From assembly GCA_041666745.1 (NCBI GenBank), contig JBAYGI010000002.1, positions 36,291 through 100,290 of the forward strand: a DNA stretch of 64,000 nt, given 5' to 3'. Position numbers and translations under genes: made by a program. Within the stretch, counting starts at the first letter, position 1, and each line of letters starts with the position of its first letter. Below, piece by piece: positions 1 to 8,998 of the stretch. Source of the DNA: Candidatus Magasanikiibacteriota bacterium (lineage in GTDB: Bacteria > Patescibacteriota > Patescibacteriia > Magasanikbacterales > GWA2-37-8). Under the pieces are notes generated by a model, which was given only the letters and a program-made list of their open reading frames with translations, was not told the DNA's origin and made no database searches.

Positions 1-1
1 A

Positions 2-235
2 CAACCAAAAACAAAATTATTTGCTAGCTTTTTGAAAAGTTTACCAACTAAGTTAAAAACCTTTTTGGTTTTGACCGCTGAAAAAAATGCTGAAGTGATG
101 CGTATGACTGAAAATCTGAAAAAAGCCAAGACTTTGCGCGCGCAAGATAGCAATGTGATGGATTTACTTTCCAAAGGTGTAATCTTAACATCCAAAGATG
201 GAATTAAGAAAATGGAAGAAATTTTTGGAAAATAA
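2..235 (+). CDS. rplD: 50S ribosomal protein L4, C-terminal fragment (gene begins upstream of window)
   Basis: Open frame from window start; C-terminus ...NVMDLLSKGVILTSKDGIKKMEEIFGK resembles L4 C-terminal consensus; position immediately upstream of rplW-rplB. Confidence 0.55.
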   Translation, partial: QPKTKLFASFLKSLPTKLKTFLVLTAEKNAEVMRMTENLKKAKTLRAQDSNVMDLLSKGVILTSKDGIKKMEEIFGK

Positions 236-269
236 TTTACTAATAAGATAGGTTTCCACTTTTGTGGGA

Positions 270-779
270 ATGACAAATAAAACTAATATGGGATTACTTG
301 ATCGCTGGTCAAAAAAGAATCAAACCAAACGTTTAGAAAAAACTTCTGAGCCAAAAGCTGAGGCTGAATTAGTCGAAGAAAAAAAAGTGAAAAAAACTAC
401 TGCTAAAAAAGTAACCAGTACAGCCGCGATCGAAGATGGTCATGAAGGTCACGATCATTCAGCACACGCTCATACTGCTGACAAAAAAGTTAAAAAAATT
501 ATCAACAGCATTTTATTACGCGCTTTGGTCACTGAAAAATCTGCGGTCAAACAAAGCGAAAATAAATATAGTTTTGTAGTGGCCAAAAATGCCAATAAAG
601 CTGTGATTAAAAAAGCGATCGAAGAAGTTTACAAAATTAAACCACTAAGTGTTAATATTATAAATGTTCAAGGCAAAGCAATGCGCTTTGGCAAACATTC
701 AGGTAAGAGAAGTGATTTCAAAAAAGCGATTGTTACTTTACCAAAAGGCAAAACAATCGTAATTCATGAAGGCGTTTAA
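270..779 (+). CDS. rplW: 50S ribosomal protein L23 with ~70-aa Lys/His-rich N-terminal extension
   Basis: C-terminal ~100 aa (...LLRALVTEKSAVK...YSFVVAKNANKAVIKKAIEEVYKIKPLSVNI...KKAIVTL) is a canonical L23 core; no in-frame ATG/GTG/TTG close to core so extension appears translated; ATG at 270 (GTG at 264 also possible). Confidence 0.85.
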   Translation: MTNKTNMGLLDRWSKKNQTKRLEKTSEPKAEAELVEEKKVKKTTAKKVTSTAAIEDGHEGHDHSAHAHTADKKVKKIINSILLRALVTEKSAVKQSENKYSFVVAKNANKAVIKKAIEEVYKIKPLSVNIINVQGKAMRFGKHSGKRSDFKKAIVTLPKGKTIVIHEGV

Positions 780-803
780 TTACCGAAAATATTTTAAATT
801 ATT

Positions 804-1646
804 ATGCCGATTAAAGTTTACAAACCAACAACCCCAGGCCGCAGAAAATCCAGTGTGGATGCTTTTTCTGATATTACAAAATTTGAACCGGAGAAATCTT
901 TGGTGACAGTTTTGAAAAGACATTCCGGTCGCAATAACCAAGGTAAATTGTGTGTTCGCCATCAAGGTGGTGGTGTGAAACGTTTTTATCGCTTGGTGGA
1001 TTTCAAACAAAAGAAGTTTGATGCTCCAGCTACTGTGATCGCTATCGAATATGATCCAAACCGTGGTCCACGTGTGGCTCTGATTGAATATTTGGACAAA
1101 ACTCGCGCTTATATTTTATGCCCACAAGGTTTGAATGTTGGCGATGTCGTGATGTCATCTGACAAAGCTATTGAAGCCAAAGTGGCCAATCGCATGAAAT
1201 TGGAACATATTCCAATCGGTTTGTTTGTTTATAGTATTGAAATGACCCCAGGTAAAGGTGGTCAACTCGTGCGCGGTGCCGGTTTGTCCGCTCAGTTTAC
1301 CGGTATTGAAGGTGAATATGCTCAACTACGATTACCTTCCGGTGAAACTCGCATGGTTCCAAAAGCTTGTTTTGCTTCTATCGGTATGGTTGGTAATGCT
1401 GATTATCGTTTGATTCGTTGGGGCAAGGCCGGTCGCATGAGATTGCGCGGTATTCGTCCTCGCGTTAAAGGTAAGAACATGAATCCGGTAGATCACCCGC
1501 ATGGTGGTGGTGAGGGACACTCTCCAATTGGTCAAAAACGCGGTCCACGTACTATCTATGGAAAAGCCGCTCGCGGTGTGAAGACTCGTAAACCACAGAA
1601 ATGGAGCAATAAATTTATTATCAGTTCACGTAGAAAAAAAATCTAA
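804..1646 (+). CDS. rplB: 50S ribosomal protein L2
   Basis: MPIKVYKPTTPGRRK... and HPHGGGEG motif; 280 aa. Confidence 0.95.
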   Translation: MPIKVYKPTTPGRRKSSVDAFSDITKFEPEKSLVTVLKRHSGRNNQGKLCVRHQGGGVKRFYRLVDFKQKKFDAPATVIAIEYDPNRGPRVALIEYLDKTRAYILCPQGLNVGDVVMSSDKAIEAKVANRMKLEHIPIGLFVYSIEMTPGKGGQLVRGAGLSAQFTGIEGEYAQLRLPSGETRMVPKACFASIGMVGNADYRLIRWGKAGRMRLRGIRPRVKGKNMNPVDHPHGGGEGHSPIGQKRGPRTIYGKAARGVKTRKPQKWSNKFIISSRRKKI

Positions 1647-1656
1647 TTAAAAAATT

Positions 1657-1998
1657 ATGACAAGAAGTTTAAAAAAAGGTCTTTACGTTGATCCACGCAT
1701 CATGAAGAAAGTGGTCAAAGTAAAAGACAGTGGTAAAAAAACCCCTATCAAAACATGGTCTCGCGCTTGTGTGATTTCTCCGGAAATGGTTGGCGTGACT
1801 TTCTTGGTACATAATGGAAAAGATTTTATTAGTGTTTTTGTAGATGAAAATATGGTTGGACACCGTTTGGGTGAATTTTCTCCAACCAAGAAGTTTGTTC
1901 GTCATGGTGGTAAGATGGCCAAAGAACAAGAAACAGCCGCTACTGCAGCCGCCGCTCCTAAATCCGCCGATGCTAAGCCGGCCGCCCCTAAAAAATAA
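1657..1998 (+). CDS. rpsS: 30S ribosomal protein S19 with Ala/Lys-rich C-terminal tail
   Basis: [19 protein letters not shown]...[18 protein letters not shown] canonical S19; tail [26 protein letters not shown]. Confidence 0.95.
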   Translation: MTRSLKKGLYVDPRIMKKVVKVKDSGKKTPIKTWSRACVISPEMVGVTFLVHNGKDFISVFVDENMVGHRLGEFSPTKKFVRHGGKMAKEQETAATAAAAPKSADAKPAAPKK

Positions 1999-2029
1999 TC
2001 AAAGATAAAAAGATTTTTAAATTTTTTAT

Positions 2030-2401
2030 ATGAATCAGGCAGTAACTGCAAAATTAAACTTTTTGAGAATGAGTCCACGCAAAGCGCGATTGGTGGTTGA
2101 TTTGATTCGCGGTCGCAGAGTAGCCAAGGCTTTGGAAATTTTGACATTGTCCAACAAATTGGCCGCTAGACCGATTATGAAACTTTTGAATTCCGCTATC
2201 GCCAATGCCAAACACAATTTTAAGCTAGGACCGGAAAATTTGGTTATATCTACTATTATGGTTGATGGAGGTCCAATGTTGAAACGCTGGATGCCAAAAG
2301 CTCATGGCCGCGCTACACCAATTCGTGAACGCACTTCACATATTAGTTTAATTCTTACCGAGGTTGCCAAACCAGTTAAGAAAGTGAAAAAAACATCATA
2401 A
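2030..2401 (+). CDS. rplV: 50S ribosomal protein L22
   Basis: ...RMSPRKARLVVDLIRGRRVAKALEILT... L22 signature; operon position. Confidence 0.9.
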   Translation: MNQAVTAKLNFLRMSPRKARLVVDLIRGRRVAKALEILTLSNKLAARPIMKLLNSAIANAKHNFKLGPENLVISTIMVDGGPMLKRWMPKAHGRATPIRERTSHISLILTEVAKPVKKVKKTS

Positions 2402-2416
2402 TATAATTTGAATACT

Positions 2417-3103
2417 ATGGGACACAAAGTTCATCCGAAAATTCATCGCACCCCATTCATTTTTGCTTGGGATTCAAAATGGTTTGCTAAAAAAGAGCAG
2501 TATCCTAATTTTATCGAACAAGAAATTAAGATTCGAGATTTTTTGGCAAAAAAATTAAAGGAGGCCAGTATCGATGCAGTTAGTATCGAGCGTACTCCTA
2601 AAGAATTAGTAGTTACCATTTTGGCCGCTAAGCCAGGTGTGATTATCGGAAGAAATGGTCAAGGTTTGGAAATGGTTCGCAAAGAAATTGAAAAGAAAAT
2701 TTTACAGTTTAAAACCAAAGTAAAACTAAATATTCAGGCGGTGAATCAACCGGCTTTGTCCGCTCAGATTGTTGGACAGAGTATGGCTTCTGAAATTGAA
2801 CGTCGTATTCCTTTTCGTCGTGTTATGAAACAAGCGATGGAAAAAGTTATGACTGCTGGTGCTCAAGGTGTGAAATTCGCTGTAGCTGGACGTCTCAACG
2901 GTGTAGAAATTGCTCGTCGTGAAGTGATGGGTGCCGGAAAAATGTCCTTGATTACTTTGCGCAGTGATGTAGATTACGCCATTGTTGAAGCCAACACTAT
3001 TTACGGAAAGATCGGTGTTAAGGTCTGGATTTACAAAGGCGAAGCTTTTGGACGTCGAGATAAATTTGCAAAAAAAGAAGTTGAAAAAGAAAAAACTAAA
3101 TAA
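2417..3103 (+). CDS. rpsC: 30S ribosomal protein S3
   Basis: MGHKVHPKIHR... KH and S3-C domains; ATG at 2417 preferred over TTG at 2408. Confidence 0.95.
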   Translation: MGHKVHPKIHRTPFIFAWDSKWFAKKEQYPNFIEQEIKIRDFLAKKLKEASIDAVSIERTPKELVVTILAAKPGVIIGRNGQGLEMVRKEIEKKILQFKTKVKLNIQAVNQPALSAQIVGQSMASEIERRIPFRRVMKQAMEKVMTAGAQGVKFAVAGRLNGVEIARREVMGAGKMSLITLRSDVDYAIVEANTIYGKIGVKVWIYKGEAFGRRDKFAKKEVEKEKTK

Positions 3104-3118
3104 GATTTTTGAAACTGT

Positions 3119-3532
3119 ATGTTGATACCAAAAAAAGTTAAACATAGAAAATGGCAAAAAGGACGCGGTCGTTTTCGTGGTGTTGCTACTCGCAACAATG
3201 CGATTGCTTTTGGCCAGTTTGGTTTAAAAAGCACAACTGCCGGTTGGATTAACAGTCGTCAGATTGAATCCGCTCGTCGTGTATTGACTCGTTATGTTCG
3301 ACGTGGTGGTAAGATTTGGATTCGCGTTTTCCCAGATCGTCCAATTACCAAAAAAGGCAACGAAGTACCAATGGGCGGCGGAAAAGGTTCTCCGGATCAT
3401 TATGTCGCTGTTATTAAGCCGGGTACGATTATGTTTGAAATGGGTGGTATCACTCGTGAGTCTGCCAAGATTGCTATGGATTTGGCCGGTTACAAATTAG
3501 GGGTACGTACTAAATTTATTGAAAAGGCTTAA
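3119..3532 (+). CDS. rplP: 50S ribosomal protein L16
   Basis: [27 protein letters not shown]... canonical L16. Confidence 0.95.
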   Translation: MLIPKKVKHRKWQKGRGRFRGVATRNNAIAFGQFGLKSTTAGWINSRQIESARRVLTRYVRRGGKIWIRVFPDRPITKKGNEVPMGGGKGSPDHYVAVIKPGTIMFEMGGITRESAKIAMDLAGYKLGVRTKFIEKA

Positions 3533-3545
3533 TCTTAAAGATTAT

Positions 3546-3812
3546 ATGGAAAAACAAGTAATTAAAAAAATAAGTCGAGAGTTTAAAGGTATAGTAACCA
3601 GCGCGGCAATGACTAAAACCATTACTGTGAAGGTTGATAGTATCAAAAAACATACAAAATATCCAAAAAGTTTTACTGTTAGTCGCAAGTATCATGTTCA
3701 TGATGAACAGCAAGTGGCTAAAGTAGGGGATAAAGTTCGTTTTGTAGAATGTCGTCCGCTATCGGCCACCAAACGTTGGAGACTGGTAGAAGTTTTAAAA
3801 GTTAATGGTTAA
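3546..3812 (+). CDS. rpsQ: 30S ribosomal protein S17
   Basis: ...GIVTSAAMTKTITVKVD...SRKYHVHDE...VGDKVRFVECRPLSATKRWRLVEVL; ATG at 3546, 14 nt after rplP stop; no room for rpmC between. Confidence 0.9.
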   Translation: MEKQVIKKISREFKGIVTSAAMTKTITVKVDSIKKHTKYPKSFTVSRKYHVHDEQQVAKVGDKVRFVECRPLSATKRWRLVEVLKVNG

Positions 3813-3824
3813 TCAGATTTTTAT

Positions 3825-4196
3825 ATGATGCAACATCGCTCAATGTTAAAAGTAGCAGATAATACCGGTGCCAAGAAATTGCAATGCATTCGTGTTTTGG
3901 GCGGTTATAAAAAACGCTACGGTCAGATTGGTGATATTATTACCTGCGTAGTAAAAGAAGCTACACCACACGGTATGGTAAAAAAGAGTGAAGTGGTTCA
4001 TGTAGTAGTGGTTCGTCAATGCAAAGAGATTCGCCGTTCGGATGGTACCTATATTCGTTTTGATGAAAATGCCGGTGTGATTGTGGATCGAAAAACTAAA
4101 GAACCAAAAGGCACTCGTATTTTTGGACCGATTGCTCGCGAGTTACGTACCAAAGGTTTTCAAAAAATTATTTCTTTGGCGCCGGAAGTGCTCTAA
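3825..4196 (+). CDS. rplN: 50S ribosomal protein L14
   Basis: [18 protein letters not shown]... canonical L14. Confidence 0.95.
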   Translation: MMQHRSMLKVADNTGAKKLQCIRVLGGYKKRYGQIGDIITCVVKEATPHGMVKKSEVVHVVVVRQCKEIRRSDGTYIRFDENAGVIVDRKTKEPKGTRIFGPIARELRTKGFQKIISLAPEVL

Positions 4197-4208
4197 ATTA
4201 TATATAAG

Positions 4209-4261
4209 TTTCTGCGAAACTTGAAATTACATCGAGTTTCGCAAAAAGAAATAAATTTCTT
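4209..4261 (+). promoter_or_regulatory. Structured intergenic leader between rplN and rplX: 13-bp hairpin (TTTCTGCGAAACT ... AGTTTCGCAAAAAGA) followed by a small AT hairpin AAGAAAT-AA-ATTTCTT and T-run
   Basis: Inverted repeats read directly from sequence; this 86-nt gap is the only large intergenic gap in an otherwise tightly packed ribosomal operon. Confidence 0.3.
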
Positions 4262-4282
4262 TTTAACTCAACTCTAGTAATT

Positions 4283-4591
4283 ATGAAAATTAAATCAAAC
4301 GACAAAGTAAAAATTATTAAGGGCAAAGATCGCAACAAAGAAGGCAAGATTATTCAGGTTTTTCCAGTTGCCGGTAAAGTTGTAGTAGAAGGATTGAACT
4401 TAATGAAAAAACATTTACGCACTCGTAAAGCTGGAGAAAAAGGACAGGTAATTGAGTTGTCCGCTCCGGTACGCGTAGAAAATGTTTCATTAATTTGTCC
4501 AAAATGCAATCGCACTACTCGCGTTGGTTTTAAATTAGATGGCAAAGATAAAAAACGCGTTTGCCGCAAATGTAAAGAGTTTATTGATTAA
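4283..4591 (+). CDS. rplX: 50S ribosomal protein L24 (KOW) with C-terminal CxxC...CxxC zinc-ribbon variant
   Basis: MKIKSNDKVKIIKGKDRNKEGKI... KOW; C-terminus ICPKCNRTTRVGFKLDGKDKKRVCRKCKEF aligns to the usual ...PTRVGY..DGKKVRV... tail but with four Cys. Confidence 0.9.
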   Translation: MKIKSNDKVKIIKGKDRNKEGKIIQVFPVAGKVVVEGLNLMKKHLRTRKAGEKGQVIELSAPVRVENVSLICPKCNRTTRVGFKLDGKDKKRVCRKCKEFID

Positions 4592-4595
4592 TTTT

Positions 4596-5138
4596 ATGAC
4601 ACCTAATTTATACCAAAAATACAAAACAGAAGTAGTGCCGGCTTTGAAAGCTGAACTCAAATTGAAAAACACCATGCAGGTGCCAAAAATTACCAAAGTG
4701 GTGATCAATGTTGGTGTTGGTCGTTTTGTAAAAGAAGCAAGTTATATTGAAAATGTAGAAAAAACTTTGTCCAAAATTACCGGTCAGAAACCGATTCGCA
4801 CCAAAGCTAAAAAAGCTATTTCCAATTTTAAAATTAGACAAGGACAAGAAATCGGTGTGGTAGTAACTTTGCACGGAAAACGCATGTATCAATTTTTAGA
4901 AAAATTGGTCAATGTAAGTTTTCCTCGTATTCGCGATTTCCGCGGTATTACCGACAAAGCTTTTGATCGCCAAGGAAATTACACTCTGGGCTTGAAAGAA
5001 AATACTGCTTTTCCAGAAGTAAAAACCGGTGAAATTGAAAAAATGCATGGTTTGCAAATTATTATCAACACTACCGCCAAAGATCGTGTTGCCGGAAAAG
5101 CATTGTTAACTCATCTAGGATTTCCTTTTATAAAATAA
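4596..5138 (+). CDS. rplE: 50S ribosomal protein L5
   Basis: MTPNLYQKYKTEVVPALKAELKLKNTMQVPKITKVVINVGVG...; ATG at 4596 directly after rplX stop. Confidence 0.9.
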   Translation: MTPNLYQKYKTEVVPALKAELKLKNTMQVPKITKVVINVGVGRFVKEASYIENVEKTLSKITGQKPIRTKAKKAISNFKIRQGQEIGVVVTLHGKRMYQFLEKLVNVSFPRIRDFRGITDKAFDRQGNYTLGLKENTAFPEVKTGEIEKMHGLQIIINTTAKDRVAGKALLTHLGFPFIK

Positions 5139-5141
5139 TAT

Positions 5142-5327
5142 ATGGCAACAGAAGCACAAATTTCCAAATCAAATAAAAAACCAAAATTTTCTACTCGCAT
5201 TGTCCGACGTTGTTGGAAGTGCGGACGCAAACGCGCCTTTATTCGTCATTTTGGTTTGTGTCGTATTTGCTTTCGTGAATTGGCTAACGCCGGTAAATTA
5301 CCGGGTGTACGAAAGTCAAGCTGGTAA
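5142..5327 (+). CDS. rpsN: 30S ribosomal protein S14 type Z (zinc-binding, 61 aa)
   Basis: ...[24 protein letters not shown]... C-x2-C...C-x2-C short-form S14. Confidence 0.9.
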   Translation: MATEAQISKSNKKPKFSTRIVRRCWKCGRKRAFIRHFGLCRICFRELANAGKLPGVRKSSW

Positions 5328-5367
5328 TTAATTTTTATTTTATAACATTAAATAATCAACTGTATTT

Positions 5368-5757
5368 ATGATGACTGATCCAATCGCTGACATGCTCACC
5401 CGCATTCGTAATGCATACAAGGTGCGCAAACAAGAAGCGACATTTCCATATTCCAAACTAAAGATGAAAATCTGCGAAATTTTGGTACGTGAAGGATATT
5501 TGGAAAAAGTCCAAACTAACGAAGATAAATTTCCACAGATTGTGGTTACTTTGAAATATTCCGGACGTCAAGGTGCTTTGGAAAGTATCAAAAGAATCAG
5601 TAAGCCGGGTTCACGTTGTTATGTACAGGCTGATCAACTCACCAAAGTACTCAATGGTTTTGGTGTATCGATTGTGTCCACTTCCAAAGGTATTATGACT
5701 GGTAAAGAGGCCCGTGGAGCCAAACTAGGCGGCGAATTAATTTGTGAAGTATATTAA
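5368..5757 (+). CDS. rpsH: 30S ribosomal protein S8
   Basis: MMTDPIADMLTRIRNA... canonical S8. Confidence 0.95.
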   Translation: MMTDPIADMLTRIRNAYKVRKQEATFPYSKLKMKICEILVREGYLEKVQTNEDKFPQIVVTLKYSGRQGALESIKRISKPGSRCYVQADQLTKVLNGFGVSIVSTSKGIMTGKEARGAKLGGELICEVY

Positions 5758-5783
5758 TCAGACAGAATTATTAATAAAAACAT

Positions 5784-6332
5784 ATGTCTCGTATCGGTAA
5801 AAAAATTAGAAAAATTCCACAAGGCGTAACCGTGGAAGTGAAAAATGAAGAATTGGTAGTAAAAGGACCAAAAGGTGAATTGCGCCTAAAATTACACCCA
5901 CGTATCACAGCGTCTATTGCTGATGGTCAAGTTTCTGTTAGTGTAGTTAGTCCGGAAAATACCAAAGACAAAGCGTTGTGGGGTACATTTTCCAGTATTA
6001 TTGAAAATATGTTGGATGGTGTGACTACCGGTTTTAAAAAACAACTGGAAATTAACGGTGTCGGTTATAAAGCTTCCTTGAAAGGTGCGAATTTGGTTTT
6101 GGAAGTTGGTTTTTCTCATCCGGTAGAATTAATACCGGCTGGTGGTATTAAATTTGAAGTAGAAAAAAATGTGATTACAGTTAGCGGAATTGATAAGCAG
6201 ATGGTTGGAGAAATGGCCGCTCAAATTCGCAGTACTAAAAAAGTAGAACCTTATAAAGGCAAAGGTATCAAGTATCTTGGTGAAATAGTACGTCGCAAGG
6301 CTGGTAAGACTGCCGCTAAAGGGGCTGCATAA
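5784..6332 (+). CDS. rplF: 50S ribosomal protein L6
   Basis: MSRIGKKIRKIPQGVTVEVK... two L6 repeats. Confidence 0.95.
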   Translation: MSRIGKKIRKIPQGVTVEVKNEELVVKGPKGELRLKLHPRITASIADGQVSVSVVSPENTKDKALWGTFSSIIENMLDGVTTGFKKQLEINGVGYKASLKGANLVLEVGFSHPVELIPAGGIKFEVEKNVITVSGIDKQMVGEMAAQIRSTKKVEPYKGKGIKYLGEIVRRKAGKTAAKGAA

Positions 6333-6357
6333 TTTAGTTTAAAGAATATATAAAAAT

Positions 6358-6732
6358 ATGCGTAGATTGACTCAAACAAATAAAAATGAATTACGCCAAG
6401 TGCGTCATGCTCGTGTGCGCTCTCATTTGAGTGGCACCAAGTTGAAACCACGCTTGTCTGTTTTTCGTAGTCTAAGAAGTATTACCGCTCAATTGATTAA
6501 TGATGAAGCCGGTAAAACCCTTGCTCAGGCCAGTGGAAAAGAAGTCGGCAAAGAAAAGGTAGAAGGTTATACTGGAAAGATTTTGACTGCTTTTTTGGTT
6601 GGTAAAAAAATTGCTGAAAAAGCTAAAACGGTTGGAATTACCAAGATAGTATTTGATCGTGGTGGTTACCAATATCACGGACGTGTTCAGGCTTTGGCTG
6701 ATGGTGCTCGCGCCGGTGGCTTGGAATTTTAA
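6358..6732 (+). CDS. rplR: 50S ribosomal protein L18
   Basis: ...RHARVRSHLSGTKLKPRLSVFRSLRSITAQLIND... L18. Confidence 0.9.
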   Translation: MRRLTQTNKNELRQVRHARVRSHLSGTKLKPRLSVFRSLRSITAQLINDEAGKTLAQASGKEVGKEKVEGYTGKILTAFLVGKKIAEKAKTVGITKIVFDRGGYQYHGRVQALADGARAGGLEF

Positions 6733-6761
6733 TTTGTTTTGTAATGTATTGATTTAAATTT

Positions 6762-7235
6762 ATGCAAAAAAGTTTCAAGAGACCAGGTAGACAACAAGAA
6801 AAATCCGAGTTTGATTCCAATATTTTGGATTTGGCTCGCGTAACTCGTGTTACCGAAGGTGGAAAACATATGAGTTTTCGTGCTTTGGTAGTAGTTGGTG
6901 ATCGCAAGGGTCGCGTTGGTTTTGGTGTTGAAAAAGGCAAAGATGTACAGATTGGCGTGGATAAAGCCACTCGTCAAGCCAAAAAGAATTTGATCAAAGT
7001 GCCGATTGTTAACGAAACTATTCCACACGCAGTTTACATGAAGTTTAAAGCAGCCAAAGTAATGTTGAAACCAGCTCCAAAAGGTTCTGGTATTATCGCT
7101 GGTGGCGCAGTTCGTGTTGTGTTGGATTTGGCCGGTGTTCCAAATGTTTCTTCCAAGATTATTGGTAAAACAAAAAATAAAATTACTATTATCAAGGCGA
7201 CTTTCGAAGCTTTAAAAGCCTTGCGTTCCAAATAA
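6762..7235 (+). CDS. rpsE: 30S ribosomal protein S5
   Basis: ...VTRVTEGGKHMSFRALVVVGDRKGRVGFGVEKGKDVQIGVDKATRQAKKN... S5. Confidence 0.95.
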   Translation: MQKSFKRPGRQQEKSEFDSNILDLARVTRVTEGGKHMSFRALVVVGDRKGRVGFGVEKGKDVQIGVDKATRQAKKNLIKVPIVNETIPHAVYMKFKAAKVMLKPAPKGSGIIAGGAVRVVLDLAGVPNVSSKIIGKTKNKITIIKATFEALKALRSK

Positions 7236-7257
7236 AAAAACTAAAAATAATTTTTAT

Positions 7258-7698
7258 ATGAAATTAGCCATCCATACTCTCAAGGCATCCAAAGGCTCAC
7301 GCCATACCGCCAAAAAACTTGGTCGTGGTAATGCTTCCGGTCATGGAAATTATTCCGGGCATGGTGGTAAAGGACAAACCGCTCGTTCCGGTGGTAGTCG
7401 TGGTTTGAAATTGAAAGGTTTCAAACGTTTGATGCAATCCACTCCAAAATTACGTGGTTTTACCAGTATTGCTACTAGACCATCCGAGGTTTATTTGAGT
7501 GATTTGGAAAAACACTTTGCGGTTGGTGAGATCGTAAATTTGATAACTTTGAAAGAAAAAAACATCTTGTCCGCTTCAGTAAAAACTGCTAAAATAGTAG
7601 GGACAGGAGAATTAAAGAAAAAATTGACAGTTGAAGGTATCAAAACAACTGCCAGCGCCAAAGTCGCTATCGAAAAAGCCGGAGGAGAAGTTAAATAA
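7258..7698 (+). CDS. rplO: 50S ribosomal protein L15 (follows S5 directly; no L30 gene between)
   Basis: ...GRGNASGHGNYSGHGGKGQTARSGG... L15 glycine-rich motif. Confidence 0.9.
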   Translation: MKLAIHTLKASKGSRHTAKKLGRGNASGHGNYSGHGGKGQTARSGGSRGLKLKGFKRLMQSTPKLRGFTSIATRPSEVYLSDLEKHFAVGEIVNLITLKEKNILSASVKTAKIVGTGELKKKLTVEGIKTTASAKVAIEKAGGEVK

Positions 7699-7709
7699 CC
7701 CTTCACTTT

Positions 7710-8984
7710 ATGTGGGAAAAAATTGAACAAGTTTGGAAAATTAAAGATATTAGAAAAAATATCTTATTTGTCTTGGCCATGTTGGTAGTATTTCGTTTGG
7801 CTTCACATGTGCCGGTTCCGGGAGTAAATGTCGCCAATTTAAAAAATTATTTGGAAGGCAATCAGATCATGGGGTTGTTGAATGTGTTTTCCGGTGGTAC
7901 CATGTCAAATTTTTCAGTGATCATGTTGGGTGTGGCTCCGTATATTACGGCTTCTATTATTTTTCAGTTGTTGGCGATGATTGTGCCGGCTTTGGAAGAA
8001 ATGACTAAAGAAGGTGAATCCGGCCAACAGCGCATCAACATGTATACTAGATATCTGACAGTACCTCTAGCATTTTTGCAATCTTTTGCTATGATCCGTT
8101 TGTTGCAAAATTCCTCTCGTCCGATTTTATCGGATTTGACTCCTTTTAGAATGATTACCATTATGGCCACCATTACTGCCGGAACAATGTTTTTGGTGTG
8201 GCTCGGTGAATTGATTTCAGAAAAGAAAGTTGGCAACGGGATGTCCTTGTTGATTTTTGCCGGTATCGTTTCTTCTTTGCCAACAATTTTACGCAATGCT
8301 TTTATCAACTATACTTCGGCTGATTTTTATACTTTTGTTCTGATGGCCGGTGTAGCGGTTTTGACTGTAGTTGGTGTGGTATTTATCAATGAGGGACAGA
8401 GAAATATTCCGGTCAATTATGCCAAACAAATGCGTGGCAATCATGTTTACGGCGGTTCTTCTTCACACTTGCCAATTCGTGTAAATATGTCCGGTGTAAT
8501 TCCGATTATCTTCGCGATTTCTTTGGTGTTATTTCCACCGATGGTTGCTCAGTTTTTCGTACATGCCCGTAGTGCTTGGTTGTCTGTAATGGCAGTGAAG
8601 ACTATCGCCTTGTTTCAAAATCAATTATTTTATGGTTGTGCTTATTTCTTGTTAGTATTTTTCTTCACTTATTTCTATACAGCCGTTATTTTCCATCCTC
8701 AAAAAATTGCGGAGAATTTGCAACGTCAGGGTGGGTTCGTGCCAGGTATTCGTCCAGGTAAAGAAACTGAAAAATATTTGGGCATGACTGTAAATCGTAT
8801 CAATTTAATCGGCGCTACTTTCCTAGGTTTGATTGCAGTGTTACCATTGTTGGTCCAAGGGGCTTCGGGTACGACCTCGTTTCAGATTGGTGGTACTAGT
8901 TTGTTGATCGTAGTGGCAGTGGCTATCGAAGCGGCCAAACAGATTGAATCTCAGGTGACAATGCATGAGTACGACCGTATTTAA
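7710..8984 (+). CDS. secY: Preprotein translocase subunit SecY
   Basis: 424 aa, 10 TM pattern, ...MLGVAPYITASIIFQLL... SecY signature. Confidence 0.95.
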   Translation: MWEKIEQVWKIKDIRKNILFVLAMLVVFRLASHVPVPGVNVANLKNYLEGNQIMGLLNVFSGGTMSNFSVIMLGVAPYITASIIFQLLAMIVPALEEMTKEGESGQQRINMYTRYLTVPLAFLQSFAMIRLLQNSSRPILSDLTPFRMITIMATITAGTMFLVWLGELISEKKVGNGMSLLIFAGIVSSLPTILRNAFINYTSADFYTFVLMAGVAVLTVVGVVFINEGQRNIPVNYAKQMRGNHVYGGSSSHLPIRVNMSGVIPIIFAISLVLFPPMVAQFFVHARSAWLSVMAVKTIALFQNQLFYGCAYFLLVFFFTYFYTAVIFHPQKIAENLQRQGGFVPGIRPGKETEKYLGMTVNRINLIGATFLGLIAVLPLLVQGASGTTSFQIGGTSLLIVVAVAIEAAKQIESQVTMHEYDRI

Positions 8985-8998
8985 GATTTAATTCTTTA

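Noticed and set aside
780-8761. Antisense and out-of-frame ORFs overlapping ribosomal protein genes and secY (e.g. 780..1010-, 1669..1929-, 2726..3157-, 4354..4569-, 8576..8761+)
   Set aside because: They overlap strongly conserved, correctly ordered ribosomal and secY genes and have no homology signal.
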